From positions 8,930,001 to 8,994,000 of the forward strand of contig NC_045698.1 of the NCBI RefSeq assembly GCF_009834535.1: a DNA stretch of 64,000 nucleotides, read 5' to 3'. Each line of letters opens with the position of its first letter. Within the stretch, counting starts at the first letter, position 1. Of the stretch, positions 39,320-52,059 are shown in pieces. The position numbers and the translations under genes are program-made. The DNA is from Camelus ferus. Lineage: Eukaryota. The notes beneath the pieces are model-generated. The model was not told the DNA's origin and did not search any database. It saw only the letters and a program-made list of their open reading frames with translations.

Positions 39320-40561
39320 GTATTATTTTTTTTATTGCTGCAAGCAAGACCACAAGTTGATCAGCTGAAAACAACACCCATTTATGAACTCTAGCGCTCA
39401 GAAATCTGGGCAGACCTGACTGCATTCTCTGCTTAGGTTTCCTCAAGGTTAAGTTCAAGGTGCTGACTAGGCCGTGTTATCATCCTCTTCTAGCTGTTGC
39501 TGGTGGATACAACCGGTGTTCCAGGTTCTTGTCCCATCCCAGAAGGAATTCAGAGACAAGACTTAGAGAGTAAAAAAAGTGAAGTGAGAATTTATTAAAG
39601 GTTGGATAGTGCACTCTCAAGGGGAGAGCGGGCTCAGGGGAGCGGCTGCCCGGTGTTTCTTTGGCAAGTTAGCAACATAGGATGTAAAAATGAATGGACG
39701 GACTATTCACTGGGGAGGGAAGGATTTGGGGTCACATACCCTGATTATCATCCCAACTCCACCTTCCCAAAGGGAGGAGGGGATTTCTGTCTTTATTTAG
39801 TATGGATCAGAAGTGTCATAGTGTTGGTGCATGATGGGTACTTCTAATCTGCAAGGCTAATTTCATTGAAATGAGGGCATAATGAGCAAAAGGTTACATT
39901 CAGACATTGGAAATTCCTGCCTTTTTTCACCTTTCTTTGTCAGTCTCCAGGCCACTCATCATCCCAAAAGGTGTGACCACTTATCAACCGAAAGTTTCCT
40001 GCTTATCTTTCTCTACCCAGGGAGCTTGTGGTTACATGATGTATGGTTTCCTGCATTTGGCCTGTGCCCCTCCTTTCTGCCCAATTCCTGCCATCTGGTC
40101 TGCATCCCCCTTTCTCTGCTCATATCTAGCTATCTGCCTGCTCTAACATAGGCACATGAGACTGTGGCGGGATTCAGTTCCTTGACATTGCAACATGAGA
40201 TATTAGTTCCTTGCTGGATGGCACCTGCTGACAGAGCTCAGCTCAAAGAGACTGGCCACATCCTTTGCTGCAAGGACCTTCTATCTTCAAAGACAGCAAT
40301 AGCCAACCTCTCTTGTGTTGAATATCTCTCATGCTTTAAATAGCTTTTGTCTTATTTAGGAAATATTGTCTTATTAACGGATCACCTGATTAATCCAGAC
40401 TCACCAAAAATAATCTCCTTTTCGAGGTCAACTTGCTTAGAACATTAAACACATATGCAAAATGTCTTTATAGCAGTACCTAGATTAATGTTTGATTGAA
40501 TATCTGGAAGCAGGTGTGTGCAAACGAGGAGTGGAGCCATTTTAGAATTCTGTCTACCACA
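39320..40561 (-). mobile_element. MaLR LTR (MLT1E-like), split by a family-A LTR
   Basis: gctgaaaacaacacccattta; agtacctagattaatgtttgattgaat; ends ccattttagaattctgtctaccaca. Confidence 0.8.
39495..40148 (-). mobile_element. ERV1-class solo LTR (family A)
   Basis: Reverse strand starts tgttagagcaggcagatagctagatatgagcag, like the 11495 copy; flanks tagc/tagg. Confidence 0.92.
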
Positions 40562-40697
40562 AAGAGCCTTGCCAGGGGTGAGAATTCAGCTTTCTTTGTA
40601 ATTTCCTTCCCTCAAATTGCAACCTTGAAATTGATTTCCACTATAGTTACCCTTCTAAATATAAAAGATGGGGTTCTTTTAATATTGTCCATAATAA

Positions 40698-41040
40698 CTC
40701 TACTGAATTGAATACTGTCTCTCCAAAATTCATGTCCACCTGGAACCTAAGGAGTGACAAAATTTTGGAAATAGTGTCTTTGTAGATATAGTTAGTTAAG
40801 ATGGAGTAATACTGGATCAGAGTGGGTCCTAATTTAATAACTTGTAATCTTATATGAAGAGAAAACCAGAGAATCTAGGAGAAGTCATGGCAAGATCCTT
40901 TGGAGTTTTCAGAGTATGGCCCTGGCAACACCTTAATTTCTGACTTAAAACATCTAGAATAGTGAGAGAATTAATTTCTATCGTTCTTAAGCCATCCAGT
41001 TTGTGGTACTTAGGAAAGTATTACTTAGAAAAGGAATACA
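40698..41040 (+). mobile_element. MaLR LTR (MLT1C-like)
   Basis: ccaaaattcatgtccacc; tttggaaatagtgtctttgtagat; ttaagccatccagtttgtggtact. Confidence 0.8.
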
Positions 41041-41289
41041 GAGATTTTCTGGTTTTCATAATATACTCTGAATTTATAGTTTGACCAACACCATTATTTT
41101 CCTCCATTAGCATTTCAGAGGCACTGAGCAGCAACAAATCAATATGATAGTCTTGAAAATTAGCACTGTCCTTTTGGAGATACTGCATAAACCAGCACAT
41201 CTTCTTCTACTACATCCCATGTGACCATAGTTGAGAATTGTGTTCACTGCATGCTACAGCAAACCAGGGGATATCACCACCATCTGTGG

Positions 41290-41566
41290 ATCCAGAGAAG
41301 AGCTGATGTTTCAGCTTGAGTCACAAGACAGTTTGGAGGAATAATTCTTTCCTCCCCTGGAGATTTCAGTCTTTTTCTCTTAAGGCTTTCAACTGATTGG
41401 ATGAGGCCCACCCATTTTACGAGGAGTAATCTGCTTTACTCAAAGTCCACTAATTTAAATGTTTAACTTCACTTAAAAATACCTTATAGAGACATCTGAA
41501 GTGGTATTTGACCAAATATTTGGATATCATGGCCAACTATAATGATATGGAATATTAACCATCACA
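41290..41566 (-). mobile_element. ERVL LTR (MLT2 family), partial
   Basis: ttcaactgattggatgaggcccaccc; aatctgctttactcaaagtccac; ends attaaccatcaca. Confidence 0.88.
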
Positions 41567-42601
41567 GCTAACATTAAGAGTTCTTTTTGCTGCATCATAG
41601 CAATACATCCAATTCCAAAATACATCTTTCTAGGTACCAACTCTGTTACTGAAATAATACTAAGTATAAACATTATATGCTGGTCATACTTAAGTATCAC
41701 TTTATAAAAGTTTCATATAAGATTTTTAACATTTCTTCTTTTTAACTTTTAAACTTTATGGGATAAATCTGGAAATCAAAGGAGCAATACAGTAAAATAC
41801 CATTTTTAATAGAGCTCTCTCAGCTATTTATTTTAGTGCTCATTTTACAGATGAGGAAGCTCTGATAAAGAAAAAGATAATTGATAATCAGTTATTCAAA
41901 GCTTTTCATCAAGTCTTTCTTCTTGTGAAATCATTTTCCTAATCTGAAAATGAGGATAATCAATAACAGTGACCCATGATGGGATAAAATGTCCAGATGT
42001 GCTTTGTTTTATATTTGTGTTATATTTATTGTGATCCTTATTACCGACATTATGGGCTGTAAAGTATAATCATGTATGGGTCAAAAGAGATGTGTTAAAA
42101 ATTTCCTGATTGATTCTAATAATTTCCTTAGGGTACTTTTCTTCTTGCTTCATCTTCTTCATCAACTGAAAGTCATTGAATTTTAATATGGAGTTTTCTT
42201 AACTATCCCAAATCATAATAGATGGAAAGTTTTTGTTTCTATCACATTAATTATATCTAACTGTTACATATCTATATATTTTAGTTGATTTTCATATCGT
42301 CAAATATTCAACAAAATTTTAATGAGCCCTACTTCATATTTGGCAAAAAAGAGGGATATTAATTATTTAAAGCATTGATTTTGTCAAGAAGTATGGAGAA
42401 AAAAGACATTATTACTTACAGTAATAATAATATTAAGAAAATGAGTATAGTTTAAATTAGTATTTAAACAATAATTGTAAATAAAACATACAAATATAAA
42501 TTACATATGAAAAAATAGTCAAATTTAACAGTAAACACTTTCAATAAGTCCCTAAAAATTAATCATTTTTCTCCTATCAGTCCTATAGACAAAATCCTTA
42601 A

Positions 42602-42700
42602 AAGAATCTGAAAAATAATATACATATGTATAACTGAATCACTTTGCTATACACCTGAAAGTATTGCAACATTGTAATTCAACTATATTTCAATTAAAAA
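42602..42700 (+). mobile_element. Very short L1 3' tail insertion
   Basis: tgtataactgaatcactttgctatacacctgaa...caactatatttcaattaaaaa; exact TSD AAAATCCTTAA (42591 / 42699). Confidence 0.92.
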
Positions 42701-43529
42701 AATCCTTAAGTGCAAATGATAGATTAATGCATTTTTCCTGTATTTCAGGTTATTACACAGTTAACTAACAGCAACATTTTAATTATGCTGTTTAAAATTT
42801 CACAAAAATAATTTATTTCTGCTTGATCTTATCAAAGTGACTGTATTCATATGTGCTAAATTTGAAATTTTATTTATGCTTTAATAAAATCTTATGTATA
42901 AATTATTTTAATGATATAAGATGTGTATATGTCAAGTATTATTATTTAGATATATTAGTTCTGATGGTAGCACTGATTTTCGAGCATGAAATGGTTCTTT
43001 TATTTTGATAAACTCTAATGACTATTAATTGAGAGGAAAATAAAAGCACGCAAGCATTGATTTAAAGAGGTCTATGTCATTTATACATGTTACACGTCAG
43101 AGAAAGTAAAAGAATGGCTTTAAGCCAGTCGCAGATGTGTTATTATTATTGAATGCTTTTAAGCAATAAATGTTACATCTTAATGAAACCTTAGGAGACC
43201 AAATTACAAGAAATAATTGCCTGTGAAATATTGATAAGGGAATAAGGATCTAAACTATATTTCAGGCAGGATTGGCATCTTGATTTACATTTTAGAAATT
43301 AGCCAAAAACCCGACTTAATTAAGGAAATGATTCCTTTCTTCATTTGAAAGGATTATTAAAAGGGAAATACTGTTAATATATCTGAAAGATACTAAGAGA
43401 TGAAAATAAACTAAATGGGGTTTATTCTAGGAATGGAAAGCTAGTTCAATTTTCAGAGCTCAATCAATATAAACCATTGTATTAACAGTTAAAAGAAGAA
43501 AAAACATGATTTATGTTGAGAACACCTGA

Positions 43530-43960
43530 AATCTACTCTTAGTCAATTTCTTTCGATCATGTGGTTTCTGACAGAAGATCCACTGAATTTCTTATGCTTG
43601 TTCCTCTATACATATCTTGTTTTCTCCTCTCCCTCCTTTGAATTATCTCATGCTTTTTTTCTTTGTCTCTCATGTCCTGCAATTTGAATATGATATGCTT
43701 AAGTGTAGTCCCCCCACCCCACACCCCACTTACCATTCTCTGTGCTTCCTGGATTCATGGTTTGGTGACTGTCATTAATTTTGGAAATTCCTCAACCATT
43801 ATTAATTAAAATATTTCTTATACTCCATTATCTCTGTCTACTAGTTCTGGAGTTCCAATTATGCATATGTTACACATTTTGAAATTGTCCCACAGTTCTT
43901 GGCAGTTCTGTTTCTTTTTTATTTTTTCTACATTCTGTTTTTCTTTTTCATTTCATATTG
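43530..43960 (-). mobile_element. Old L1 ORF1 fragment
   Basis: tctgtgcttcctggattcatggtttggtgactgtcattaattttggaaattcctc motif. Confidence 0.7.
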
Positions 43961-43974
43961 ACAATTTTCTATGC

Positions 43975-44340
43975 ATTTGTATGCATTTGTCAAAATACAA
44001 TGACTGGACACTCAAGATGTGGACATTTCATTTTATGTAAATTTTACATAAAGACAAAAATTCCAAATAAATATTGAACTCTAGTTGATAATAAACATGT
44101 TAGAGTTGTTAAAGGTAAGTGAATTTTTCGTATTTATTGTGTAATTCATTGAAAAATTAGGATAATTGATGGACTGACAGAATGGCACATGGATGGATAT
44201 ATGTATATACATATATGTAATAAAACAAATACAGTAGAATGTTATCTGGAGAATTTGCATGCTGTGTATATAAGTGTTTATTATAAATCTATTCTAACTT
44301 TTCTGTACACTTTAAAGTTTCCTAGTAAAATATTAAAGAA
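43975..44340 (+). mobile_element. Old L1MC/ME 3' end
   Basis: catttgtcaaaatac; aattccaaataaatattgaactctagttgat motifs. Confidence 0.65.
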
Positions 44341-46460
44341 TGCTCAAAATCTTGAACAATCTACTGAAAGGTGGGCTTAAAAAGTAGTGGAGAGGATGTA
44401 GACCAGAGAATCCTTATCAAGCCAGTCTCTGGATGAGCCACACTTATTTTTATGACAGATTATTAAAAAAAAAAGATATTTACTATTAATTTTAACACCA
44501 ACAGAGGGTCCTGCTAACCAAAGCCTCTCTCATTTCAAATAAAATCATTTAAACTCATTAGAGTGATGGAACATTAAAGCATCAGGGAGCAGCGTCAAAT
44601 ACATATTATGTCAAATATATCAATGGGAATGAAAAAAAAAATCAACTGGTGATATTTAAAAAAACAGAACTTAATTGGGTGACAATTCAAGCTAATGACT
44701 TCACTCCAGAAAGAACTGAAGGATTTAACAGTCTATTTTGTAGGTTTCTTTTTATCATATTACGTAGGATAACAAACCATACATTTCAAAGAGAATTATT
44801 CTCTTTTATTTTCTCTCCTTATCTATGTCATAAAATTGTGTTCTAATAATGAATATTTTCCTGTTGATAAGGAGGCAAAGGAAAATACTGAATTGCCTCT
44901 CAAGATAGAGCAGCATATAATTGATTAATTAATCAGCGTTTGCATTTCCACCCTTTGTTATGTTACCTGAGCATTCTAGCCCCAAGAAGATGTGTTTTTC
45001 CTGACTCTTCTTTTGCTGCTCTTGATTCTCCAGTGTTCAGAATTTCTTCTCTGCTGTTTACAGCACTCTAGCCTTGGTTGCATATAATCACAGAGTTCCC
45101 TATGGCTAGTTTTCGTTCCCCATCTTTCCCTTCAGTTTGGGCACTGCTTTATTCTTTAAAATTTTATTTATGTGCCCAGAAATCCACACTGTCTGCAAGT
45201 CACAAGTTCACCAGCAATTCAAAGTTTTTACACCATTTCTTCCACAGAGCCTCTTCATCATCCTTTGAATCTGTTAGACTAGAAACCTTATAGCCATTTT
45301 CAGTGTTCCCTCTCTTTCTTGTTTTATTCTCTCTACTATATATATACATATATATATATATATTTTAAAGTTTTCTCTGAAATACAAACTTCTCTTCATT
45401 TTGGTCACTATGAAGTCGATGCCGTGTCCCTGGAAAAAGCGTCTATTTGAATTCTTGATCTAACATTTCAAACTTATACAACTTTGAAAGTATATCCACT
45501 TAACTTCTCCAAGATGCAGGACTAGTCTGTATGAAGTGTAAAATGTGCTGATAGTAATGAAAACAAATACTGTGTATAAATGACAATGTAGCCCAAAATA
45601 TATTGGTCATAAATGGTTTTAACAGCAAAATCTTCAACTGTGACCTTAAGGAGCATTTTTATTGGATTTCAAGAATGTCTTGGTAATTGTCAATCTGGCT
45701 AATGGGAACTGGTACTACTGGCACATAAACCTAATCAAATTTTTCTGGAATTAAACCATCCTTCATACACTTGACCATAGAAAAGACACAAAGAGATATG
45801 CTTTCATGTGGTGATTCCTGGGGAAAAAATTAAAGCCAAGGGATGGCACTTTTTTTTTTTTTTTTTTCAGCTCCTGTAAAAGGAAACAACCTCTGTATCC
45901 AATTTTTAAGCTAATTATAGAAATGATGAGTCATGCTGAAAAATATTAAAAATTAACAGGAAATCCAGTCATAGTTCCATTGTAGACAAAAGTTCTTGTG
46001 TCTTTTTCTCTGTATGCATTTGCTTTAACAAAATTAGCCTTTTACTGAATAATCTGGTCTCTCGATCCTTTCAAATTTAATATTATGCAGTAAGCAGTTC
46101 CCATTTATTAACTATTCCTCATAAACTAAATTTAGTGATAAATTGTGCTCCATAATTAAATTTACTTGGTTAATATTTTTAACATTTGAGTTGTCTTCCA
46201 TTTTGCAATATTATTTAAAACATTTATATGTATAATTAAATCTTACATCTGATAAAGTCTGAGACTAAATACAGATAGGGACTCTATGCAACAGTTCTTG
46301 AAGTTGTGCTTTGTTTCTTGGGCCTTTATGAAAATAATGTAAGCCTTTAGTGACAATATATAGACTCACATCGTGACATGAATAATAAACCTTAGAGTTT
46401 TGGTACAAACTTCCAATTATTGCTATCCTAATACACTAGTAAAAATACTTAGATCCTATA

Positions 46461-47071
46461 TGTGGTAGGGAAAATAATAGACCCCCGAAAATATCAGTCC
46501 CTAATTCCTAGAACCTGTGAATATGTTACCTTATGTGGTAAAAAAAAGAACTTTGCAGAAGTGATTAAGGATAAACTTGAAATGGGAGCATATTCTGGAG
46601 TATCCAAGGGGGTCCAAATCCAATCAAAATTTCTTTAAAAAAAGAAAGACAAAGGCAGAAGCTTGGGTGAGAAAGACGCAACAGAAGGAAAAATAAAAGA
46701 GAGATTCCAAGTGTGAGTGAGATTCAGCTGCCATTGCCGGCCTTGAAGATGGAGAAGGCAGATCATAAACCAAGGAATTTAATTTAATGGTCTCAAAAAG
46801 CTGGAAATGGCCCTCAGCTGACAACCAACCAGAAAACAGAGACCTCAGTTCTACAGGGACAGGGAATTAAATTATGTCAACAACCTAAATAAGCATAGGA
46901 AGTGGAGTCACCCTTAGACCTTCCAGAAGGGAAGCCCTGCCAACATCTGGATTTTAATCAGTTCAGATCTGTAATAAAATTCTGAACAGAGCTGTTGATA
47001 ATAAAGTAAGTTGTGTTAAACCACTAACAAACTCTGATAATTCGTTATGACAGCACTGGAAAACTAACATA
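46461..47071 (+). mobile_element. MaLR LTR (MLT1D/E-like)
   Basis: tgtggtagg start; gaacctgtgaatatgttacctta; ccattgccggccttgaagatgga; gaaaactaacata end. Confidence 0.88.
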
Positions 47072-47099
47072 CTTTATCAAATTATGCTAATGACAACAA

Positions 47100-47310
47100 T
47101 GTAATTAGAGTAATGATAATACGGTCTACTGTTTTTAATTAGCACGTACTATGTCCCAATATGTATATAATACATATGTTAACTATTTTATGTCTATACT
47201 CCATGACTTAGGGTTTATTGTTACCCACACTTTAGATGGGAAGTAACTTGCCCAAAAACACTTTATTAAAAGCAGCAATGTCAAGATTTGTCTTTAATTT
47301 TCTTCTGGCT
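47100..47310 (-). mobile_element. MIR fragment
   Basis: agcacgtactatgtccc; ttagatgggaagtaacttgcccaa. Confidence 0.55.
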
Positions 47311-47949
47311 TTGGTTAATATTGTAATTTTTTGTAAACAAGTAATAAAACAACATAATATATTTCAAGCTTTGAAACATAACTATGAAACATACAAAAAT
47401 AATGAGTTATTGAAATGCACTATTAATTGAGGTAGACGGAGCTTTTAAAAATCACTTCATACATCTATTTACTATTTTAGTTTATTTATTTTTCAAATGA
47501 GACTAAATTTAGCATTGATTCTATTTCTCTTTATATTCATTTCTGATTTAATTTTAAATATATGCAGAAAAATATTTGGAACATAAAATAATAGATTGAA
47601 AGAGAAAAAAATCTTGTTCGGCAATGCTTCTCCATTCTTTGAGTTTCTCTGAGTTGTATGCCTCAGATCACATAGCGACATATTATGAAAAAATTATTTT
47701 AGAGATGTATTCATTAACTACTAAATAAGGTCTTTTTCCAATTTAGTGAGGTTAAATAGTGTTGCAAACCATTTGTCTACACACTGTGTCATCTACACTT
47801 ACTTCCTTTGAATTATGATGAATAAGCCTCACAGGCACTCGTTGACTAAAGCCTTAATGCTCAAAATAAAGGCAAAATCACATATACTCTCTGGCAGAAA
47901 AAGTCTGACCTATGATGAACAGGCCAGTTTTTTGAGCAGGAGAAGACGT

Positions 47950-48394
47950 AAAGCCTGGTTTCGTCTCAACCTGGGAAGAATCTGCTTGGGCGCTGGCCAC
48001 ACCCTCCATCCCCCGGTCATCCAGAGGGAAGTGTAGGAAGAAACAGCCCTCTCCCGTGTCCCTTGGTTTTGAGGGAAAAGGACTTCAGAGGGATGTCTCC
48101 CAGTACCCTCTGTCCCTAAACAGTCAGAGTCTTGGAGGAAGGAGCAGTGAGTATTGGATAAGGGATTCATATTGAGGAACAGTCTTTCAACCTCTCCACC
48201 TACATAGGGAGCCGCCATAGAACAAGCGATGTGGCCAGAGAACGGGGAGCTGCTGATTACTTTACTGAAAAGTCCTTGAGGTTAGAGTGGTGGATTAGTG
48301 GGCAAGGCGGCCCATGGGAGAAGTCAGAGGTTGGGGTGCTGGATGACTGGATGCCCAAGTGGATTCTTCCCAGGTTGAGACGAAATCAGGCTTT
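47950..48394. repeat. Long inverted repeat: 42-bp arms (47950-47991, 48353-48394), 361-bp spacer
   Basis: aaagcctggtttcgtctcaacctgggaagaatc vs gattcttcccaggttgagacgaaatcaggcttt: 32/33 complementary in the core, 39/42 when extended. Confidence 0.97.
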
Positions 48395-48879
48395 GTGTTC
48401 CAGCAGCTCATGCTTCGCCCCTGACGACCAGGAGAGCAAGCAGAGATCAGGGGACAGAGGGATAGCATTATGGGGACAAGCAGATGCCAGCAAGGCACAG
48501 ATGAGGTCGAGAACGAAGTCAGGGCCAGGTCTCGTCACAGACCTGGCATCTATTTGGGGGAGAAGAGAGAAAACCTGGAGGACGAATTCTTCCTTGCATA
48601 GAAATCGATGCTTTCCTAAAGCTTACTTTTACAAAATCATCTAAGACTAACTGCAAACTGACTTGGATATCTATTTTATTTTTTTCTAATCTGTACATGC
48701 CAGCTCAGATGAAAAACCAGATGAATCAGAGATAAGATAGAGAAGCTCCCGTTTTCAGACACCAGATTTGTGGTGCAAGTGAAATTTGCAGTTTTCTACT
48801 ATATGATTTCAGGAAGTTTGCTTTTTGTGTGTACATGATGGTTGCTCTGCCTTTGTGGGGGCAAATGCTCTCAGGGAAA

Positions 48880-49130
48880 GTAACCATAGCTCGCCTTGAA
48901 TCATTTATCATGTGCCATAGACTGTTCTAAGGTATGTTATCTCTTCAGATCCTTATGATCACCCTGAAAAACTGGTGGTCATATTGTCATTTATCTGTTA
49001 CAAAAAAGGAAATGGAAGAACAAAGGATCTGGGTAAACTGATGGGGAACACCTTTTTGATAGAAGATGGAATCAGAATTCCACACGAGGGGTTTGACTCT
49101 GGAGGCTGAGTTCTTAATATGTTATGCTAA
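48880..49130 (-). mobile_element. MIR
   Basis: atgtgccatagactgttctaagg; gatccttatgatcaccctg; aggaaatggaag; tttgactctggaggctgagttcttaa. Confidence 0.6.
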
Positions 49131-50957
49131 TAACTCAGGATGTAAATCTATATAGTTCTGTTGTGGGTAGAAAGTTTAGAAACAAGAAAAATGTTTGAAA
49201 ATAATTCTCACTTTTAAGCTGCTTTTGAAAAAGAAAAAGAGCTATTGATTGATCGATTTCCTTTCCCACTCACAGCATTTTATCAAAAATAGCCCAGCTG
49301 GCTGGATATGTGGAAGTTCACTCCAAAATATGTTACATTTCCCCCTATTCACATGAAGCTACTTACACTGGTTTACTGCTAACAAATCAAAAACTGGTCT
49401 CAGACAGCCAGTCAGCCAGAAAAATGCTTGCTTTCCTTTTTCAGCCAGAGACTAAGGATATGGGATATTGATTCGTCCATACAATCCAACTAAATCATAT
49501 GTTATGTGATGTAACAAAATGTAAAGGTATCTCCTTTAGGTACAAATCTTGTGGCTCCTCAGGTGACATCAGAGTCATTTCCAACAATTGTTGTGGAAAG
49601 AGATATTCTACCATTACAATAGTAGTTCCGTTGCCTGCAGGATAATTATGAGTGTGGACCAATCATGTTTTCTTCCACAGCAATTAATGGTGCGTGATTA
49701 CAGCAGTTAAATTCCTCCTAAAGCCAAATGCAGGAGTGAAGTAAGCCTGTCTCCTGAAGTATCCAGAAGGGCAGTGAGGGGGGTTGGGGAGAGAAAGAAA
49801 AAGAAACAGAAACAGAAACAGAAAGAAAAAGAAAAAGAAGACAAGGAAGCATGAGCTGGTCCTTTTCCAAAATCATCTATTATAGAGTCAGAGATACTTT
49901 GTGCTACGTCTGGGGCTTCTGGCTTTCTCTGTTCCGTTAACTTGTTTATTCAGGGTGGATTCAGGCCTCCAAGAACCATGATAAGTTTGAGAATTAAATT
50001 CAGGCAGCTCAGTCCAACCACACTAAAAATACCCCGCAGGAAAAATGTCTTATTCTCAGATAGCCACATTCTTTTATAAGGAAGACTTTTCCAAGTCCTA
50101 TTGCACATCTAAAAGTCTGTTGTTAATGTTAAAACTACAGTTTACTGTGGTTTTGAATTTAAACGTACAATTAAAATTATTTCGAGAAACTGAGTACCAG
50201 AAACACCAATTAATTCCTATTAAAAAAATAAAATTTGAGTTAAAAGTGCCTTGAAGTTATTAAATGAAGCTTAGTGTCCATCTTTTAACATTATTATTGA
50301 TTGTCACACTGAATGATATTTTAAATGTCTACATTGTGGTGGATAAAACCGTTAAATAAATTCAGCAATGTTTTAAAACTTCAGCTACTAGATAAATTAA
50401 TTCTAGCTCACAGACTGTCATTAATTAAACTATGGCAGTTAAGTAGGAGATAAGGTTTCTAACAGAGAAAATAAATCAATTGTAAAAAGGCCAGATGTCT
50501 GTAGTTTTACTCACAGAAGAGTTTCTGTTTTCTCTTTATGCCTTATGAGCAAAATTTTATAAGAGGCACGAAGTTTATCCTTCCGAGAGGTACAAAATGA
50601 TCACTGCCTTAAAAAGATTGGGCTAAGAACGATTGCACATCACAACTCATGCCAAGGCTTGAAGTCCCAGTAGTAAACACTACATCGGTTGATTTCCGCC
50701 CCGGAGGTAACATGGGATTTCAGGTCTCCGGGCAGATGTAAGGACGTACCTAAAATGAGTGTTAAGATGGGAAGACCATCACTCCTTTCTGCTATTCATG
50801 TGCTACCTTCTCTGGATCTTAACGCCATCTCTTGTGAAGTGGAAATTTGAAAGAACTGAAATATTTTATCTGGGGCTTAACTGATTACACAATATTGAGA
50901 CCACAAGTATAACTGAATGTAAAATTAACAGTGGAAAAGAGCAGCGAAGAATCGATG

Positions 50958-51064
50958 GGTGTGGGGGTGTAGCGTGTGGCTCAGTGGCAGAGCGCGCGCC
51001 TGGTGAGCTCGGAGGTGCAGCGTTCAATCCCCAGTGCCTCCGTTAGGATGGGGGGCGGGGGAGG
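50958..51064 (+). mobile_element. tRNA-Ala-derived SINE (vic-1-like), GC-shifted copy
   Basis: A box tggctcagtgg and B box gttcaatcc; degenerate TSD agaatcgatg / agaattgaatg. Confidence 0.8.
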
Positions 51065-52059
51065 AGAATTGAATGAGACAAGAGCCAAAGTGTTCAAAAA
51101 GTGACTCAGGTGGCCCTGTCCCTGCCACAGTGCTCAGGGAGTTTAATGTCGCAGCTCTCAGCATCCTGATCCTCTCTGTCAGGGCTCCAGCCCTCCACCC
51201 TGCCTCAGCCTTCCACCGCCAAGGTCATTATTAATAACTGAATATCCTCATGAAGAAGCAGCCAGAAAGAGCTCGCCTCTGCTCCTACAACCACAGCTTC
51301 CCACCTCCCCCCATCTGCATTTGTGTCTGAGCTCACTACCTGGTAGCGCTGGATAAAGTGCTTGGGAAACTCCTAGGACAGACCAGCACCTCTGCTCCAG
51401 CTCTCAAACCTCCTCACCCAGGCATGCACAGGGCACCAGCATCGTCATTGTTCCCCCTCTCCTAGATCACTTCTGCCAGCATATAAACTGCTGCTATTTT
51501 CCAATCTTAAAAACATCCCCATTGGTACATAGTTTTACAATTCCTATGTCTTCCCAGTGCCAGATCATACCAGCCTGATGTTTTATCAGAACCATGTGGA
51601 AAATTCCAGTTCCGCTAAAGGGAGAGAGAGAGGGTGCCCCTCTGCACCTCCATCCTCTGTGCCACTCCTGACACTGCTCTGTCTTCGCCATGTCATACTC
51701 TCAGATTTTGCTGGCAAGATGCTCAAGATTTAAATCAGGACCGAGGGAAGTGACCTATCAGTAAAACAGTAAAACTTGATCAATAACAATGAATAAATAA
51801 TCAAAAAAAATTTTTTTAAGGTATTATAATGAATTATCTGAATGTCTGCTTGGTTAATTGCAAGTCGATGTGCTCCGAATTGACTGACTCCTGCTCTTGA
51901 CTTAATGGGCCTGTCTGCCATCAACAAAGCAGCCAGTTTGTAAGGAAAACTGATACAAGACGTAGGCAAATCTTGGCCGCCTCTGAGCCTCCTGCTCAAT
52001 TTCTTTCACTTTCCCAATGTTACATTCAATCTATAAAGAAAGGTATTTTCTCTGTTTAT

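Noticed and set aside
47910..48644. Divergent ORFs sharing 'ILPRLRRNQAL' as paralogous genes
   Set aside because: The shared peptide is just the inverted repeat read on both strands; no domain or splice support
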